A stretch of DNA of 64,000 nucleotides. Source: an uncultured Planctomycetaceae bacterium. Its GTDB lineage: Bacteria; Planctomycetota; Planctomycetia; Isosphaerales; Isosphaeraceae. Below, piece after piece: positions 63,782 through 64,000 of the stretch (its first letter is position 1; each line of letters begins with the position of its first letter). The stretch covers positions 3,488,001 through 3,552,000 of the forward strand of contig CAWIAD010000002.1 of assembly GCA_963833985.1 (NCBI GenBank). The letters are read 5' to 3'. A program made the translations under genes and the position numbers. The notes beneath the pieces are model-generated. The model worked only from the letters and a program-made list of their open reading frames with translations, did not search any database and was not told the origin of the DNA.

Positions 63782-64000
63782 ATGCCGCCGTGCCGGCCCA
63801 TCGGTCTTCTGCTTCTGCTGCTGCTCTCGCAGTTCGCCGCCCTGGCGTGCCCGGCGCGAGCAGAGGACGGCTATCGTCTCTGGCTGCGTCACGAACGGCT
63901 TCCCGAGCGCGCGATCGCCGTGGACCAGCCCCGGCTTGCCGCCGTGGTGGTGCCCGGTGACTCGCCCACTCTCGATATCCTACGCAGGGAGCTGGCCAGC
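63782..64000 (+). CDS. Alpha-glucuronidase (GH67), 5' part, runs off the window
   Basis: Signal peptide followed by AEDGYRLWLR, typical of the GH67 N-terminus; not in the ORF track. Confidence 0.7.
   Translation, partial: MPPCRPIGLLLLLLLSQFAALACPARAEDGYRLWLRHERLPERAIAVDQPRLAAVVVPGDSPTLDILRRELAS

Overview
GC-rich bacterial window. The gene repertoire (DUF1080, TIGR02999-like ECF sigma with a Ser/Thr kinase-WD40 protein, Uma2, multiheme-TPR) suggests Planctomycetota, probably Isosphaeraceae-like (inference). Many genes, including essential gltX, are split by single-base indels, which points to long-read consensus errors. Layout: (1) 1-15.8 kb housekeeping genes (purC, aroC, recA with a sigma70 promoter and candidate SOS box, thpR, aat, PfkB kinase, gltX). 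(2) 16.2-27.2 kb an operon of atypical Hsp70, Hsp70-vWA, FHA and vWA genes. It is interrupted by a stacked array of MNT-HEPN, Uma2 and HNH cassettes separated by duplicated copies of the first ~134 bp of the Hsp70-vWA gene. (3) Tandem GT-C-like membrane paralogs, an SGNH/TPR protein, a small TA-like pair and tRNA-Sec. (4) 33.7-37.9 kb a lanthipeptide-like RiPP cluster: a 175-aa candidate precursor, an APH-type kinase and a HopA1-lyase/Zn-LanC-cyclase fusion, downstream of an ECF sigma/kinase-WD40 pair. (5) Secreted WD40 protein, nfnAB-like genes, SDR/AraC, a broken IS4 with unusual mirror-repeat flanks next to an IS21 end, an acyltransferase, a TPR protein, an orphan amino-MTase, a decayed HEPN pair, a 7-heme cytochrome-TPR protein and the start of a GH67 gene. 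Best candidates for an undescribed system: the LanK + HopA1-LanC + long-precursor RiPP cluster, and the integrase-free cassette array in the Hsp70-vWA-FHA operon.
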